In this document: piece after piece, positions 13,479-27,283 of the stretch
Position numbering within the stretch: the stretch's first letter is position 1
Layout: the number at the start of each line of letters is the position of its first letter
From: Bugula neritina
Lineage: Eukaryota; Animalia; Bryozoa
NCBI GenBank assembly: GCA_964035545.1
Contig: OZ037767.1
Coordinates: 15,442,998-15,506,997, forward strand
Reading direction: 5' to 3'
Length of the DNA: 64,000 nucleotides
Made by a program: the position numbers and the translations under genes
The notes under the pieces: model-generated
What the model was told of the DNA's origin: nothing
Database searches by the model: none
Seen by the model: the letters and a program-made list of their open reading frames with translations, nothing else

Positions 13479-15769
13479 GTGCTGCAGTCAATAATTTAAG
13501 CAACTTTACAAACACATTATTATATATATACATAAACATTCACCAGATATATTTAATAATTTATGATGCACATGGTCAAACATGCAATTAATATTACTAA
13601 TATTTGCTTATAAATACAGTCATACTAATATTGTTTACATGACTGCATTTGTTGAAAAGAATGGTAATAACAGTTTTAAAAGACAATTAAAATTTTTTAC
13701 TGGGTTATGTAATATAATTTGTTTAACTGTTTCTTTTAATTACCAAATATCTAAAATAATATTTTAATGAACACAAAGTTATTCACTGTTTTTCCACTCT
13801 TTTTAAATCTGTAAAACAAAAATTTTTAGATTTAATAACTAAATAATAAACAGTGTCTGTTTATTTTTTTAAAAATAGACAGTGTTTATTTTAATCCTTC
13901 TTAAGAAACTTAATTAGGTAAAAAGTAAATTATTAAAAATTGAAAAATAATTGCCAAATCCAAGATACATCAATTCAATATTACATTTAAATTTATAAGA
14001 CAAATGACTTTTTGTTTTTGATAATAGATTTTTGTGTTTCATTATACAAGCTCTTTTGTAAAAAATGTTCTTATAATTATTAATATATTTTAAGAAATGA
14101 TTACAGTTTCAAAAGTGGTCAAATTACTGCAGCTGTTTGGCTTCAGTGAAACGACTCTTGTTGCTTAAAGCTAATGGGCTTTGAAATTATGTTTGTTATA
14201 GAAGGATTATTAATGTAAATATCTAAAGAAGCTTATAGACTAAGACTTAGTGCCTTGTAATTAAATATTATTTTACAGATATCCTATAAACACTGACATA
14301 TAACTCACAACAAAAAAGGTATTCTTTCATGTTTGAATATTGGAACTCAAAATTATTGATTAATTTTTAATTTTTAATATATAAACAAAACATGGAAGTT
14401 TACTATATACATTTAAAAACTTTAAGCTACGAAGCAACACTAAGTACAACAATTTCAGACCAGCTATAGAGATCAAATCTTGAAGAATAAAATCCAATCT
14501 TGTCAAGATACTGAAATCAGGTATTATGAGAATTAAATATATATACCTACATTTAACTTTCTATGTTTCACCTTTTACATGCAGTTTATGCTTTATGATT
14601 TATAAATTTTACACTCTATCCTTTATATTCTGTTTTCATATTGCATATTTAATATTTTATGCTCTAAGTTTCACCTTCCAGGTGTGACATTCTACATTTT
14701 AAGTTCTACATTTTGTATTCTAAATACCGTATCATATTAGAGGTAATGTCTTATACATTTTAGTAAAATGATCATAATATCACAGCCTTGCACTTGAAGT
14801 ATAAATTTTATAAGAATATAAGATGTTATAAAATTAGTTGGTGATAAAGTTTGAAAATGCACAATAGCATGAAGTTATTAATTATTCTAGTATTGATGAG
14901 CCATGAGTTTATTTTACAAGTTGTTTTTATTATGAGCTGATACATTTTCTATAAGCTGTAAAAGTGTTAGGATTGTTAGAATAACAAAAAAATAGTTTTT
15001 TCCTCTAAATGTTAAAACGAGACCTTGAAATTATTAATTTAAAGTGTTTTAGGAGTTTATTTAAACTTAATATATAGTTTTATAAAATAGGTTTAATAGT
15101 TATTATGTTTAACTTGAAAAACAAAAAAACTCTTATTTAATAATAAATTTCAAAATGTTGAGATATTATTCTTTACTAAAATGCCTATATTGTATAAGGT
15201 AATAACATTTTGCAAATTGTTATTAGCAGATGACAAATGAAATACCAATACGTTCTTATTCACAGTATAATGGTTCCATCCCAGCTAGATAGACACTACT
15301 TTTTATTTTGGTACCATATAATTATATAGTAATATATACCTATATATATATAGCGATATAACTGTTTCATTGATTGCTAAATAGCTAAAATGCTAATAAC
15401 TTTATTAGCTAACATGAATTATTTGGAATATTATTCTAATTTTCACAAATTTGTGAGAGACAAAAGACAGTGTAATACAATAACAATAGACATTACATTT
15501 AATTATTGACTACCCATTCACAAAATATCTGTTCAAACAAGAAGCAAAATATATTCAAAATTAATGTTTATGCAAATCAAAGAAATTGTTAATGTGCTAA
15601 ATATGTGCTTTATTTAAGTATATATATATTTTTTAATAATATTAAAATAAATTGCACATAAAATATATATTGTACCAAAATAAATTAGTAGCGTCTAACT
15701 GAGAGTTGCTATATATATCTAGGATAACACCCGAACAAACTGTTTTTATTAACAGCAGCTGTCTAGAAG

Positions 15770-18746
15770 ATGCATCAATATCTGATGTGTATAGCACTGG
15801 TTCCTATAGTTTATGGTTCAGTGTACATGGGTTGTTACAAGGACACCTCAACTAGAGCTCTACCATTGAGGTATGATTCCAATGACATGACAGTCGACCT
15901 TTGTATTGGCTACTGCATTTACAGAGGTAAGTATTCCATTCACTTACTTAGTTGATTTTTTACAATACAGTGAAATTGCAACCTATAAAGCAGGGCTGAT
16001 AAATTAGCCATCATTTTAGGAGTACGTCACAATGTCATGAAACTTCAAAGGAACTGCAATTATCCTGGAATAAGATTGCTACATACTTATACTTAAAATA
16101 ATTGTGCTTGCTTTAAAGTTTAGACATTTTATCTGTGAGCTACATGCAGTTGGTATCTAGCATAGTGACCCGCAGTGGTATAGGGGTCAGAGCGTTTGCC
16201 TACAAGTAAGCACAAGGTAATGAGTTTGAGCCCCATTATAAGCCAGTAGTGATGTTAGGAAGAGCATCCAGTCATAATTGCTCCTGTGCCTCATATGAAT
16301 AAGTCTTAAGCCAGCTTTAACAAAAACCCCTTCTATCAGAGATCTTCTCATAGGTATGGTGACTATAAACTTGTGTGAGTTGGTATATATTAGCATGTGT
16401 GCACATAATAATATATCCAAAAAAACTTGCATGTCGCAATATATATTGAATATCTATATAACTTTGAAATCTATAGCTAACTAGTTGTTTGATTGGCTAT
16501 AAATATCATATTACAGTAAATTATTTAAAGTGAATTGATTATATCAAATTAATATGTTAGCAAGCATAAAGTCAACTAATATTAATAATCGCCTTAGTTG
16601 TAAACTGATTCAACAAATGTAAATAAATCAATAGAGAAAGTTTATGCATACAAGCAATTAGCTGCTTGTTATATTTGTTCAGTAAGTGTAAATATTATAC
16701 ATGTTCAGAAACTGCTTGCTTAAATTTAGCTAATTAATAGCAAGTATAAACATTTTGTTATTTATATAAATGCTATGATATTAAGTTTGTCAGAGGAAAA
16801 TTCAATTATACAATTATTATTTGACTAGTCCTAGAAAAGTTTATGAATATTAAGATTATTTGAAGGATACTCAAATGATAGTTTATTAATCAAAGTTTTA
16901 TTCACATTAACTAGAAAGCCCAGCTCTCTATCACTATATAGCCATGATATATTTGCTAAAATCTTGGGAAAAAGTAACTATGTTATAATGGCAAAATTGC
17001 TACTTATATATTTTCTAGTACATATATATGCTCATTGAACCATAATTTTTAATCAAATAAAATGTTGAAATGAATATTATTCAACCCTGCTGGTATTTCA
17101 AGGTCACCCCTACGCTGGTTTGCAGACGGATGACACTTGTTTCTGTGGAAGTGAGTACGACAAGTATGGAATCGGGGAAGAAACGAGCTGCAGAGACCCT
17201 TGTAAAGGAAATACTAGTCAGATATGTGGTGGAGGCTGGAGAAACAGTGTCTATAAAATAACTGGAAAAGGTGCGTAAAAAATGAACTCAAAATTAAAAT
17301 TGAACAATTAAATTTCAATGCAAATAAGGAAAATAAAAATATTTTTGATGCTTATTTACTATTATTTTAAAGCCTAAAAATTTGTATATTTGCACCTAAA
17401 TTTTAATAAGATTTTAATCGTAAAATATGCTTAGATTTAAAGTCACTTCAACAATGTATCAAACAGCTAAATTTTGTTCAAATTATATATACTGTATAGA
17501 AAAGAATGAATCTAGCCAAAGTGTACCAAGACCCATTCGCTATGTCGGCAAAATTGAAGTTGGAGAACTAACTGATGACATCATATCCTTTATTGAACAT
17601 CCAACTGATTCTACTAAAATAATGGCAGCTACATCAAAACAACTTGTAGAGATCAATCATCATGGAGACTGTACAGTAGTAGCTGGTGTGCAGCTGCAAG
17701 GTTGTTTGCATACGCAAAACTCACTTTCATTTGCTTCCATCAGCCATATTGTTTATGCTCACTTCACTGATCTGAATATACATCACTTCCTGTTTAACAA
17801 GTCTGTCATCTTGGTAGCTGATGAAGGTGACCATTGCATTAAATTCTTTGAATTTCAACAGAAACCTTTGTTCTCTAATTTTCAAACCTACAAAATTGGC
17901 AATTGTGGACTTCCACAAGTATCCCCTTTGTTAGCTGATAAAGTTCGACACTTTAGTGAACCTCAGGCAATCATGCTGAACACCCCAAAACATCTTTCTC
18001 TGTACCATGACTCTGAGACTATTAGACTGGTTGTTAACTGTGTACTGACTGAAGTATACTCTGTTATTGTTAGTATCTATCCAACTCACACTGTAGCATA
18101 TGAGTACAGTGGACACCCAGGGTATGTAACTGATATGTTGAATTATTTTGATTTTCCAATGATGAAATCACAAGGATTTAGCAGTGTGGAGGGCAAAAGT
18201 GATTTAGCAAAAGTAGAATTGCATATTGAGGTGAACTTTGGCACATCAATTGAGGTTTATAGTTATACTTGCGAGTCAAATATCAGTTCAGAAGTTCCCA
18301 GAGTGTTAAATGATTTACCAACAATATTAATCAATGGTAAAGTTCGGTATTTAATTTACAATCAGACTAGTCAGGAGCTGTTCATACGGAATTTACAAGT
18401 TTTAAATCTTCCCCTGGAAGCAGAGTTTAAACTGAGTCAGTATACTGTAGTACGTGATTCTCTCATACTCTACAGTCAAAGCCTGAAAACATTTTATTTC
18501 ACAAAGAAATATTCTCAATATCAGAGAGTTAGTGAGAGTCAGTGTAGTCAGTCTATTATACAAAAGTTACAGGTGAATGGAGCTGAATCTTGTGCTTATG
18601 TCTGCTTTAAATATGGCGACCTTTGTGTTTACTTTTCATTTAATAGTGTAGACAACTTCTGTTATATTCATAATGAGGTCAGCAATACTAGTATCATTAC
18701 TACTCCAGGTTTCTACTGTTACACATCTTTAAATTATATATTTTAA
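15770..18746 (+). CDS. Gene C1: secreted WSC / NHL-like / PAN-Apple protein, ~523 aa, intact; exons 15770-15926, 17103-17270, 17500-18746
   Basis: Signal-like MHQYLMCIALVPIVYG, WSC split over two exons (YMGCYKD..CIGYC|G.PYAGLQ..CFCG..C..C.GN..CGG.WRNSVY), ILVADEGDHCIKFF NHL-like motif and C-terminal C..ESCAYVC..C..FSF..C.IH..CY PAN pattern. Spliced length 1572 nt with no internal stop and no TM segment. Confidence 0.88.
16167..16370 (+). mobile_element. Putative degraded tRNA-derived SINE in intron 1 of gene C1
   Basis: A-box-like tggtatagggg (16176) and B-box-like gagtttgagccc (16222) at tRNA spacing, followed by an aggaagagcatcc core. GC-richer than the flanks. The 3' end is uncertain. Confidence 0.4.
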
Positions 18747-21700
18747 ATGTTTAAACAACTTGTTGGTTCTTTTAACATCAATATTATATCCCAATTTTAA
18801 TTTAGTAAGTTATCACACAAATAATAACTTATTGAATGAGTTTTCTGACAAAGAACGTAATTTCTTTCTGATGCTGGTAACAATTACAATTATATTTATA
18901 TGTTTACAGTCTAATATCTATGTTTCGTCCAATATTTTAGTTATGTTGACATTTATGCTTTAGCTGTTGTGAATTTCATAAACACTAATATCGATTCTAA
19001 AATGTATTTTATCTCAATATATAAGTGGATATACCATTTTAATCAAAAAGGAGAACAATAATCAATTAAGGTAATTGAAAGGGCACAACAGAAACCTATA
19101 TTATATGAAATGGTCAGAAGAGGACAACTCTAGATAATCATAATATCCCAGTGATAATTTCACTTATTGACTGCAAATGCATATTATTTGTCTGATCAAA
19201 CAATAAAAAGTCAATGACTATACGTTTTTAATATAAACAACAGCCATGTCTGTGTTTTACTAAATCAGCCAATCAAATATTTGCTAAAGTAGCATTCAAT
19301 TCTCTTAACTAACTTATTATATTATTTCATCAGTTTCAAACTCTAAAGAAGCATCCAATATTTTGAAATACTAGATAATGAGTGTTTCTAGTAACATGTG
19401 ACAGCATAAACTCTCATTGGTATCGCTGACTGTATTATTATACGGAGTGAAAAACATTGAGGCACCAAAATAGTGAATTTTTTTACACTCAACTTTATTT
19501 GATATCTGCACAGAGAGAAATATTAGTGCAGTGCTTGCACTAAAATTGTTCAAAGAGCCTTTTATTGCCAGTATAGCCTGCACCAGACCTCTAATATTTG
19601 TTAGACCTGCACTTATTTTGATGAAATTGAAAATTAATCCGATTAGTGTAAGCTGAAAAACATTTTGTAGTAGCTCTGAAACCACTTAGTTACTTTTCAC
19701 AAGTATTACGTAATTATCATCCCTAGGTTCTAATGAAGCTAAACAGTAATTGATAGGAGCAGAAAATGAGATCAATGCTACAACTACATAATGTTCAACT
19801 ACATTATGTTCAAGCAAAATTTTATTTACATAAGAATTATGGAACAATCAGCAGTTGTTCACCTAACAACATTATTTGTTCACATTTACACTGATGATGA
19901 TCACAAACCTTTATAGGAAGCTAGGATAGAGTTGAACCCTACATTTGGGTCATTTCGATTGGTGCTTCCCAGTTAGATGCTATTTATACATTTTACGTGC
20001 AGTTTATTTGAATACTATTGAAATATATGTGCATTTAAATAAATTTGAGTCAATTGCTTTTTGTAATTGGCACACAAATAAATTTCTTTGCTCTGCATAA
20101 ACCTATTAATTTTGCATTTTCTATATTTTTTGTTTTTTGAAAAAATGTTATTATTAATGCATTTAATGCTTTTTTTCAACACAAATTTGGAAAAATTTAA
20201 ATATTATTGCAAATATATCATATTAATGGTTATTTTATGTTTAGCAATGATATGAAAGTTATATAAGGGTATATAGGTATATAATACTTAGCACCAAAAC
20301 AAAAAATACAACTTAACTGGGGAGCATATAAGTGGAATGCAACTCCATCAACCTACTGTTCATGATTTTGAAATTTCTATGAACCTAAGATATTTTCAAA
20401 TAGCTTGTTACCAGACTACTATTAAACATTGCCCCATTCCGTTTATCAAAGACTAAGGCTGAAGTTGAATTTATTAACAAAAAATTTCATCTGCACATAT
20501 TATCTCTTGCATGGGTAGTTTAGGCTTCACTAGTCAATTTCATTCATGGAAAGGAAAGCCAACTAATTTAAAATGTGTGTAAAAGAGAGATCGGGGAGAT
20601 GCACCATTAAACTCCAATGTACTCAGTTATTAGCAAATGTGTTTCAAACAAGAAGCTTAAAATTAATAACAAAACAAGCTACTGAATAGTCAAGTGTAGA
20701 TCAGGTGAACCACTTCAAAAGCCTAAGTAACTTGAGTAAATTACCTGGTGAAACAAAAGAAAACGTTGCATAACAAAGCTATAGTAAGGAAATATTTAAA
20801 ATGTAATTTAAAGGCTAGAAACTGGCTTACCAAGCAGTAACAAAGCAAAGCAAAGGTTATTACATAACAGCACATAGTTTTCATTAACGGCTATTGACAG
20901 AAGAAACATTCTGCAGGCATAGTGAACACCAGAAGCTCAGACTAAGAGGTTGTGCTTTGAGATTCAGTAACTTTGTGCTTCCAAACAACCTCACAACATG
21001 GAAGACATTGAATCAGTTAATCACCAGGGTAAAGATTGCAGCTACTTCTCAGAGATAGAAGATGATCACTTTCTTTCAGAGTTAGAAACTAAAGTTGTTA
21101 TTGCAATTTGCAGCAAAGGGTAAGCTCAATCATTTGCTTAACATTGTCGTTTGCTATCACAATGACAGTATGCTTGAGTATGACTATTGCTATAGACAGA
21201 TAATTGAATTTGTGCAACTATAAATTTCCAGAGATCACATTGACTGATATTTCTCAAACTATTCTAATCCTATATCAATTTGATACGCCTGTTCCTGTAA
21301 TCATTTATTTCTAAAAAGTTTAGTGTTTTATTTCAACGTCATCTAGCAATTTGTGCCAAATAATGCAGTTTAGAAGCCTACAACAGCTGCCAAGCTAATT
21401 TCTTGTTTTATACTTTATAGCTGAGTACCAAACTGAAAATGCCAAATTTAGTGGTGAGTTGGCAAAGTTCATAAATACAAGAACATTTTATTAACTTCCG
21501 TACCACCAGTTTATATTCTTATTTATTTTTGCACAGCACAATTAAATGCTGAAATAGAAAAAAGATGTTTAAATAGCAATATTTTTCTTGGTAGTACTGT
21601 ATTTGTTTTTCAATTTATAGACATACTGAAACTTATTTCGATATAAGAGGCCCATATAAAATAATAAATAATCATCTTGAGTTTTATACGGGAACACATT

Positions 21701-23509
21701 TACTTTTTTTAGTCCCAACTGTTTCAAAATATTCATTCATCATAATGCAGTTTCCATTCAGCTAATGAGTTTTAATCTTGCCATAACTTAAATTTGTCAG
21801 ATTTAATAGCTTAGAAAAGCAATGCTTTATTTGGTTATAACAGTTAAGTGAAGCTGTTGAGTTAACTGTTACAACTGGACTGGTGAAGTAGCATTGCTAA
21901 TCAACTTCATGCTAGGGGTGTGTAAATAGTATCCACAAAATACTGTGATTGCTATTTTTTGGCATTCCTTGAACCCAATGTGCATTTGTTATGTCTGAAA
22001 AAGCTATGGGCAGAGCGCCAGACATGTAATGAAAATCAGTGATTGTGTCGTAAGTGGTGGTATTTATTAAGGGATGGTATTCACTTGTAACTTTAAGACA
22101 AGATCAAATGCTGTATTTCAGGTGACCATTACAGCTTAATTAGTCACAATGTTACTCACTTTGTAAATCCTAATAGTGACCACGTATTCATCCCCAGCCA
22201 TTGTTATATAATGCCTTAAATACTGTATCTCCGCTGTGAGGCGGTTCAAAATGACATTTCTGAGACTTGTTAGTTGCCCAATTTCATGGACCAGTCATTT
22301 GCATGGGCAAGATTTCAAGTGTGTGCCTGTTTGTATACTAGTGTTCATTTCCTCTGGCCCATAGAGAGCAATTCATGTGGGTAAAGTTCATGCTTCTAAC
22401 ATTTTTGGTTGTTGGAGTTGGGCTCGCTGAATAACTACCAGCCAATTAGGTGACTACGACAGAGACCATTCGCACTTGCGTTGAGAATGCAGAGCGACAA
22501 GTGCGAAGGTTTTCTCAACCCGCACAGTGGACACCTTTGCTACTTGTGATTTCAATTTTCACACGCGAAAATTTCCAGTTATTATAATGCAGCATAGGGC
22601 ATATAAGTCTACCTTAACTTTGATTAAAAAGTTTACAGATCATTATTAGCTAAACTGCATGATTACAAAGTTTTCAGGAGAGTTTTCATATACATGAACC
22701 AGTTTTTAAAATTTAGCAATGAAATCACACCAAAGCTAACTGCTATATAACCCATATATATCATTATAATAGGTGAATTAGTATAATATATATGAAAGTC
22801 TTTTAATTATATATATATACATTTTCTTTTAGACTGATCCTACAATAATCTTCAACTTCCTCATGTTAAGGAATCGAGAAAAAAATTGGGAAAAACTATA
22901 AAACCATACATGTACAATTAATTTCAAATTTTCCATTTCCCTCAATCTCTTCCAAAGTTGACGCTACAAAGCAAGCTGATTGAACATTGCCTAACAGTCT
23001 CGTGATTTAATACATCGATTGCCATGTGTTCTGGATGATTTATTATTATAGGAAGTTTAAGAAGCTCCTCTGCTTGATTACAAGATTATTTCTTAGTTAT
23101 AATATAACATTCACGCTGCCTATATATACTTGTTTACCAGCACTTATTAATAATTCACAGCTTAGATTCAATTTTAAATGGTGAAAGTACCAATTATGTG
23201 TATATACCATAGCTTGTCATTTTAAAGCAAAGTTTTTCTGAAAGTAATAAAAGTTGCTTTACTTGCAAGCTGGTGCAGGCAATGATGTGAGTCAGATGCC
23301 GCCAACTGTTCTGCCAACTTGTACCTAAGTAGAACAGAGATCCTGTCAATCAGACGCAGCCATTCAGTAAGTTGCTCATCTGAATATATATATAACACTT
23401 TTATTCAGGCTTTCTCTTCAAAGTTATTTATTTTTGCACTTCATGCACTTGACCATATATTCGGGCATACAAACAAATTACTGCATCCATTATGTGGGGC
23501 ATTCACTGT

Positions 23510-23555
<46 letters not shown>

Positions 23556-23603
23556 GCTGTCTCTTGAACTGTTTGTAAAATACATTTTCATGGGCTGTTT
23601 TAG

Positions 23604-24770
23604 ATTCCTTCTCAAGTTGTATAAAAAAGGGGACACCACCCGCACTCAAATACAACAGATAGTTGAGTCATCTGAAGCTTTGGTACAGATGACAACAGCC
23701 TCTATTCGTAGAGATGTAAATGATTTAGTAAGAGAAATTGGCTTGAACCATATCAAACAGGTCACTACATTGAATACGACGCTCCATAGCACTTCTATGA
23801 CATTCGAAGGTTTAGAGACGGATTTTAAAAGAATTATTGAGTTTGAAAAGCGAGGCTTGATCATGCCACAGAGGTATCTGGTAGGTAATAGAGAAGACTC
23901 TACAAAAAATGGCGCTAAAATTCAAACTCCATGCTACGCTCAGTATGTGCCCCTTATCCAAACCCTTTCAAAATTAAATGTTGCATCACCAATTCCATCA
24001 GCTAATGGTGACATAGTAGGTTTTGCTGATGGTAGTCTCTATAAAACTTCAAACTTCCTTCAGCAACATCCAGATGCCCTTCAACTAGCTTTATACAATG
24101 ATGATATAGAGCTGGCAAACCATTTAGTTTCGAAAGCTGGTATTCATAAGGTTTCCATGTTTTATGTCTCTGTCAAGGGTAGAACTCCTTTTCAGTTGAA
24201 AGACATTCATCTTGTCATAGCTGCTTACACATCTGATCTCAAAGAATTTGGTTATTCAAAAATTATGAAACCTCTCTTTACAGACTTACAGAAGCTAGAG
24301 CAAGGTGTTCAAGTAAGCTCTGGTGATTCAGGTACAAGGATTATTCAAGCGGTGCTCGTCCAGTTTATAGGTGACAATCTGGCGGCTAACCAATTACTAG
24401 GCTTTGTAGCCAGCTTTTCCGCTCAGCACTATTGCAGATTCTGCTATATGGCTCTCGATCAAGCAAAACATGCCGTGGAAAGCTCAAAAGACCTGCTGAG
24501 AAGTCAGGAACAACACCGTGCTGATGTGGCTGCAGTGGAGCAGGACATTGATAATTATAAACACACTGGAGTTAAGCAATCTCTAATCCTTGACCAGCTG
24601 CAGAATTTCTCATCAATAGAAAGTACAGTGCCTGACTGCATGCATGATTTCCTAGAAGAAGTTTGTAAAACTGAACTGTCACTTATTCTAACTGCATGCT
24701 CTGGCTAAGGAGAAGCTGCTTTCTCTTGAAATCCTAAATTCACAGATTAAATTATACAATTATAGGTGAG
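23604..24770 (+). mobile_element. Truncated CMC/EnSpm (CACTA)-like transposase
   Basis: Motifs LQLALYNDDIE..N.L, K.SMFY, PL..DL..LE.G, FIGDNLAANQLLGF..SF..HYCRFC and PDCMHDFLE are typical of animal EnSpm-like transposases. Stop/frameshift at 24708; C-terminal half missing. Confidence 0.75.
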
Positions 24771-24815
24771 ATATCTCAGGGGTATAAATAGAAGAGAGAA
24801 CATCTTTTATATAAG

Positions 24816-26435
24816 ATGAGAATGGGATATAGATCATGGGTTTCAGTGCTCAATAAGCTAAGCACAGACACCACGATATTTGTGGGAGCTCTGCATGGTA
24901 TGCTGAACTCGGAAGGACTAGCCTGTGTTATGGAAGAACTGTTTGGCCCAGTCATCTATGCCAGCATTGACACTGACAAACACAAATACCCGATTGGTAG
25001 GAGCTAAGTCTATATTCTGACACAGTTTTTAGACTCCTTTAAACATGCAGCTTGTGTTAGGATATCAAATATCATGCTTTTCTTGAACTTGTTCCCAATT
25101 TCTGCTCTATTATCATTACATTGTAAACTATCTATGCTTTATCTATTATATATCATGCTATATGCCTTGTTATTTTACTATAAATGCATTGATATTTGCA
25201 ATATCTGTAATATTGTAACTTATAAATACACTATGTGTATACTGTCAACATCCTATGATATTTCATTGATATATTACACAGTATGAATAACTTAATAGCA
25301 GAACGTGGCTGTATCTGTTGTAGGTTCTGGCCGTGTGACTTTCAGCTGCCATGACAGCTACAGAAATGCACTTGGCGCTGCTTTTGTGGAAATAAAAACC
25401 CCAAAGTTTACTAAAAAGGTATTTACCACATAAACATGCTCCATACCTGTTATAGTGTTCAAAGTTATGTTTTTATGTAAATTGATATAATATATTTCAT
25501 TGCCTTTTTTGATTTAAATTACTATATATTTGAATTTTTGCAAACTTGTAGTGCAATTACGGAGCTAAACTATGTATTTTACTTAAATAATTTGCAGGTA
25601 CAACTAGACCCTTACTTGGAGGAATCTATCTGTTATGTGTGCAGGATCAGTTTGGGGCCCTACTTTTGCAGACATCCAACGTGCTCCAAGGTAACACAAT
25701 TTCTCGATTATCTTGAGGAAAATTAGCTTTGCTTCTAAACTAAGAGAAAATATATTTGACAAGTATAAGTATTTAATTATTTAATTTAAGTTTTTATTTA
25801 ATTTAATTTAATTATTTAATGCTATAAAGTTTTATAAGACTTTTTAGCAGCTCAAGATTTGCTCATAAAATAAATTTAATAATCTTGAAAGTGCAACTGC
25901 TATAATTGTTACCATAATTTATGTAACTATGATACATTATCTGTTGATAAGAATATACTTTTTCATTAGGAAAATCTTTTAGCATGTCACTTTTCCAAAT
26001 TTACTGCAAACATGGTCATGAAAAATGTTGCTGCATGACAGCTAATAGAATCCCACTTAGTTTAAGTTGTTGAATATTTTAAAGAATAGTTTTTAATATA
26101 CTGTAAAAACATTAGTATAAAGTACAAGATTATTAATAGTAAATTAACATATAAATGCATTATTAATAATAAAAAATCTTCAACATATCAGACTTTGAAA
26201 AAACATTACACTGCATGGAAATTATTTATTTGTCTGACTCCGCTAACTTTGCAATTCAATTTTGAATACAGTTGTTCTGGTTTTATTCTCCCAGTACTTC
26301 TGTGAACTCTGTTGGCGCTGGCAGCACGCTGACTTGGGGGAAGGAGCCCAGGCCATTCATCCTCTTACCAGAAACTCTAAAAAGAGTCGTGGTTTCTCAG
26401 AAGGAGGCTCTAGACACGCTAGAAATGGCATTTAA
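24816..26435 (+). CDS. CPEB1: CPEB1-like 3' fragment with intact frame (RRM2 + ZZ, ~169 aa if the ATG at 24816 is used); exons 24816-24996, 25324-25418, 25598-25690, 26295-26435
   Basis: ...[47 protein letters not shown]|[32 protein letters not shown]|[31 protein letters not shown]|[11 protein letters not shown]... All GT/AG sites are intact (510 nt). It lacks the N-terminus and RRM1, so it may be a young pseudogene. Confidence 0.6.
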
Positions 26436-27283
26436 ATACGAAACTGTTGCATATATCTTATATGGAAGTTATGTTCAGTGTCTCATTGTTGTTTACTCTC
26501 GTTCTGTTTGTTTTGCTGTTTTGTTTGCTGCTATATTTTTCCAAGCTTTATTTTTTTAAGCCAGTGGTTTTAAGTGAAACTTCCTTTATTTCCTGTTTTA
26601 AGTCCTTGCTTAGTAAACATCAAAAACAAACAAAAAATGATTAAAGGCTCCCTATAGTAAAGTGTGTAGATTTTAATAATTTAGTGAAGGATGTTTGAAG
26701 GTATTAGAGCTGTTTATTTGCCAGTCTTAGGGGTGCATTTTTGTATTTTGTAGAATAATATTAACTGTTATATTATATTAAACATAAATAAAAAAATCTC
26801 CCACATGAGTTATTCGCCAACAATTAAATCTGCACCCAATACTTGAATAAGACCATAAGGAACTATATATTATAGTGTGATATATATATAGGTACACTGT
26901 TAAACCAAAGGTGCTTCATTGTTACTCAAACAAATTTATTTATGGTTTTTTAATGAAAATGATCAGTAGAAAATATTCAGATAGTTTACAAAAAGCAGCA
27001 AAGCTCAGAATTCAGAATAATATTTATATTCCATGCCAGATGCATTACATAATACTGTTTATTGAAAATGCATGTTGTATGTCAAGTGTTGATTACCAAA
27101 ATAAATGGAATACAAAATCAGATTTATATATCATATAGCTAAATATTTAGAGTTATACACAGTTAGCTCAAATGATTATAAAGAGATATTACAAAAGAAA
27201 AAGGTGATACTCTTGTTTAAAGAAATTAAAGAGAATATTTCAATATATTGCTGTAAAAATTAGTTTCAAATTTTAGATAAGTT

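Noticed and set aside
17427-17499. ATG at 17427/40309 (and starts at 5098, 28495, 11355) as true gene starts
   Set aside because: They are intronic or internal; in-frame phase-1 acceptors link these exons to the upstream signal/WSC exons.
22465-22512. Short hairpin ttcgcacttg...caagtgcgaa in the inter-unit spacer
   Set aside because: Only a 10-14 bp stem with no context to assign a function.
23434-23603. N-terminal part of the 424-aa ORF (YIYIYI run)
   Set aside because: It is read through a (TA)n microsatellite and probable intron; coding similarity starts after the tttag at ~23603.
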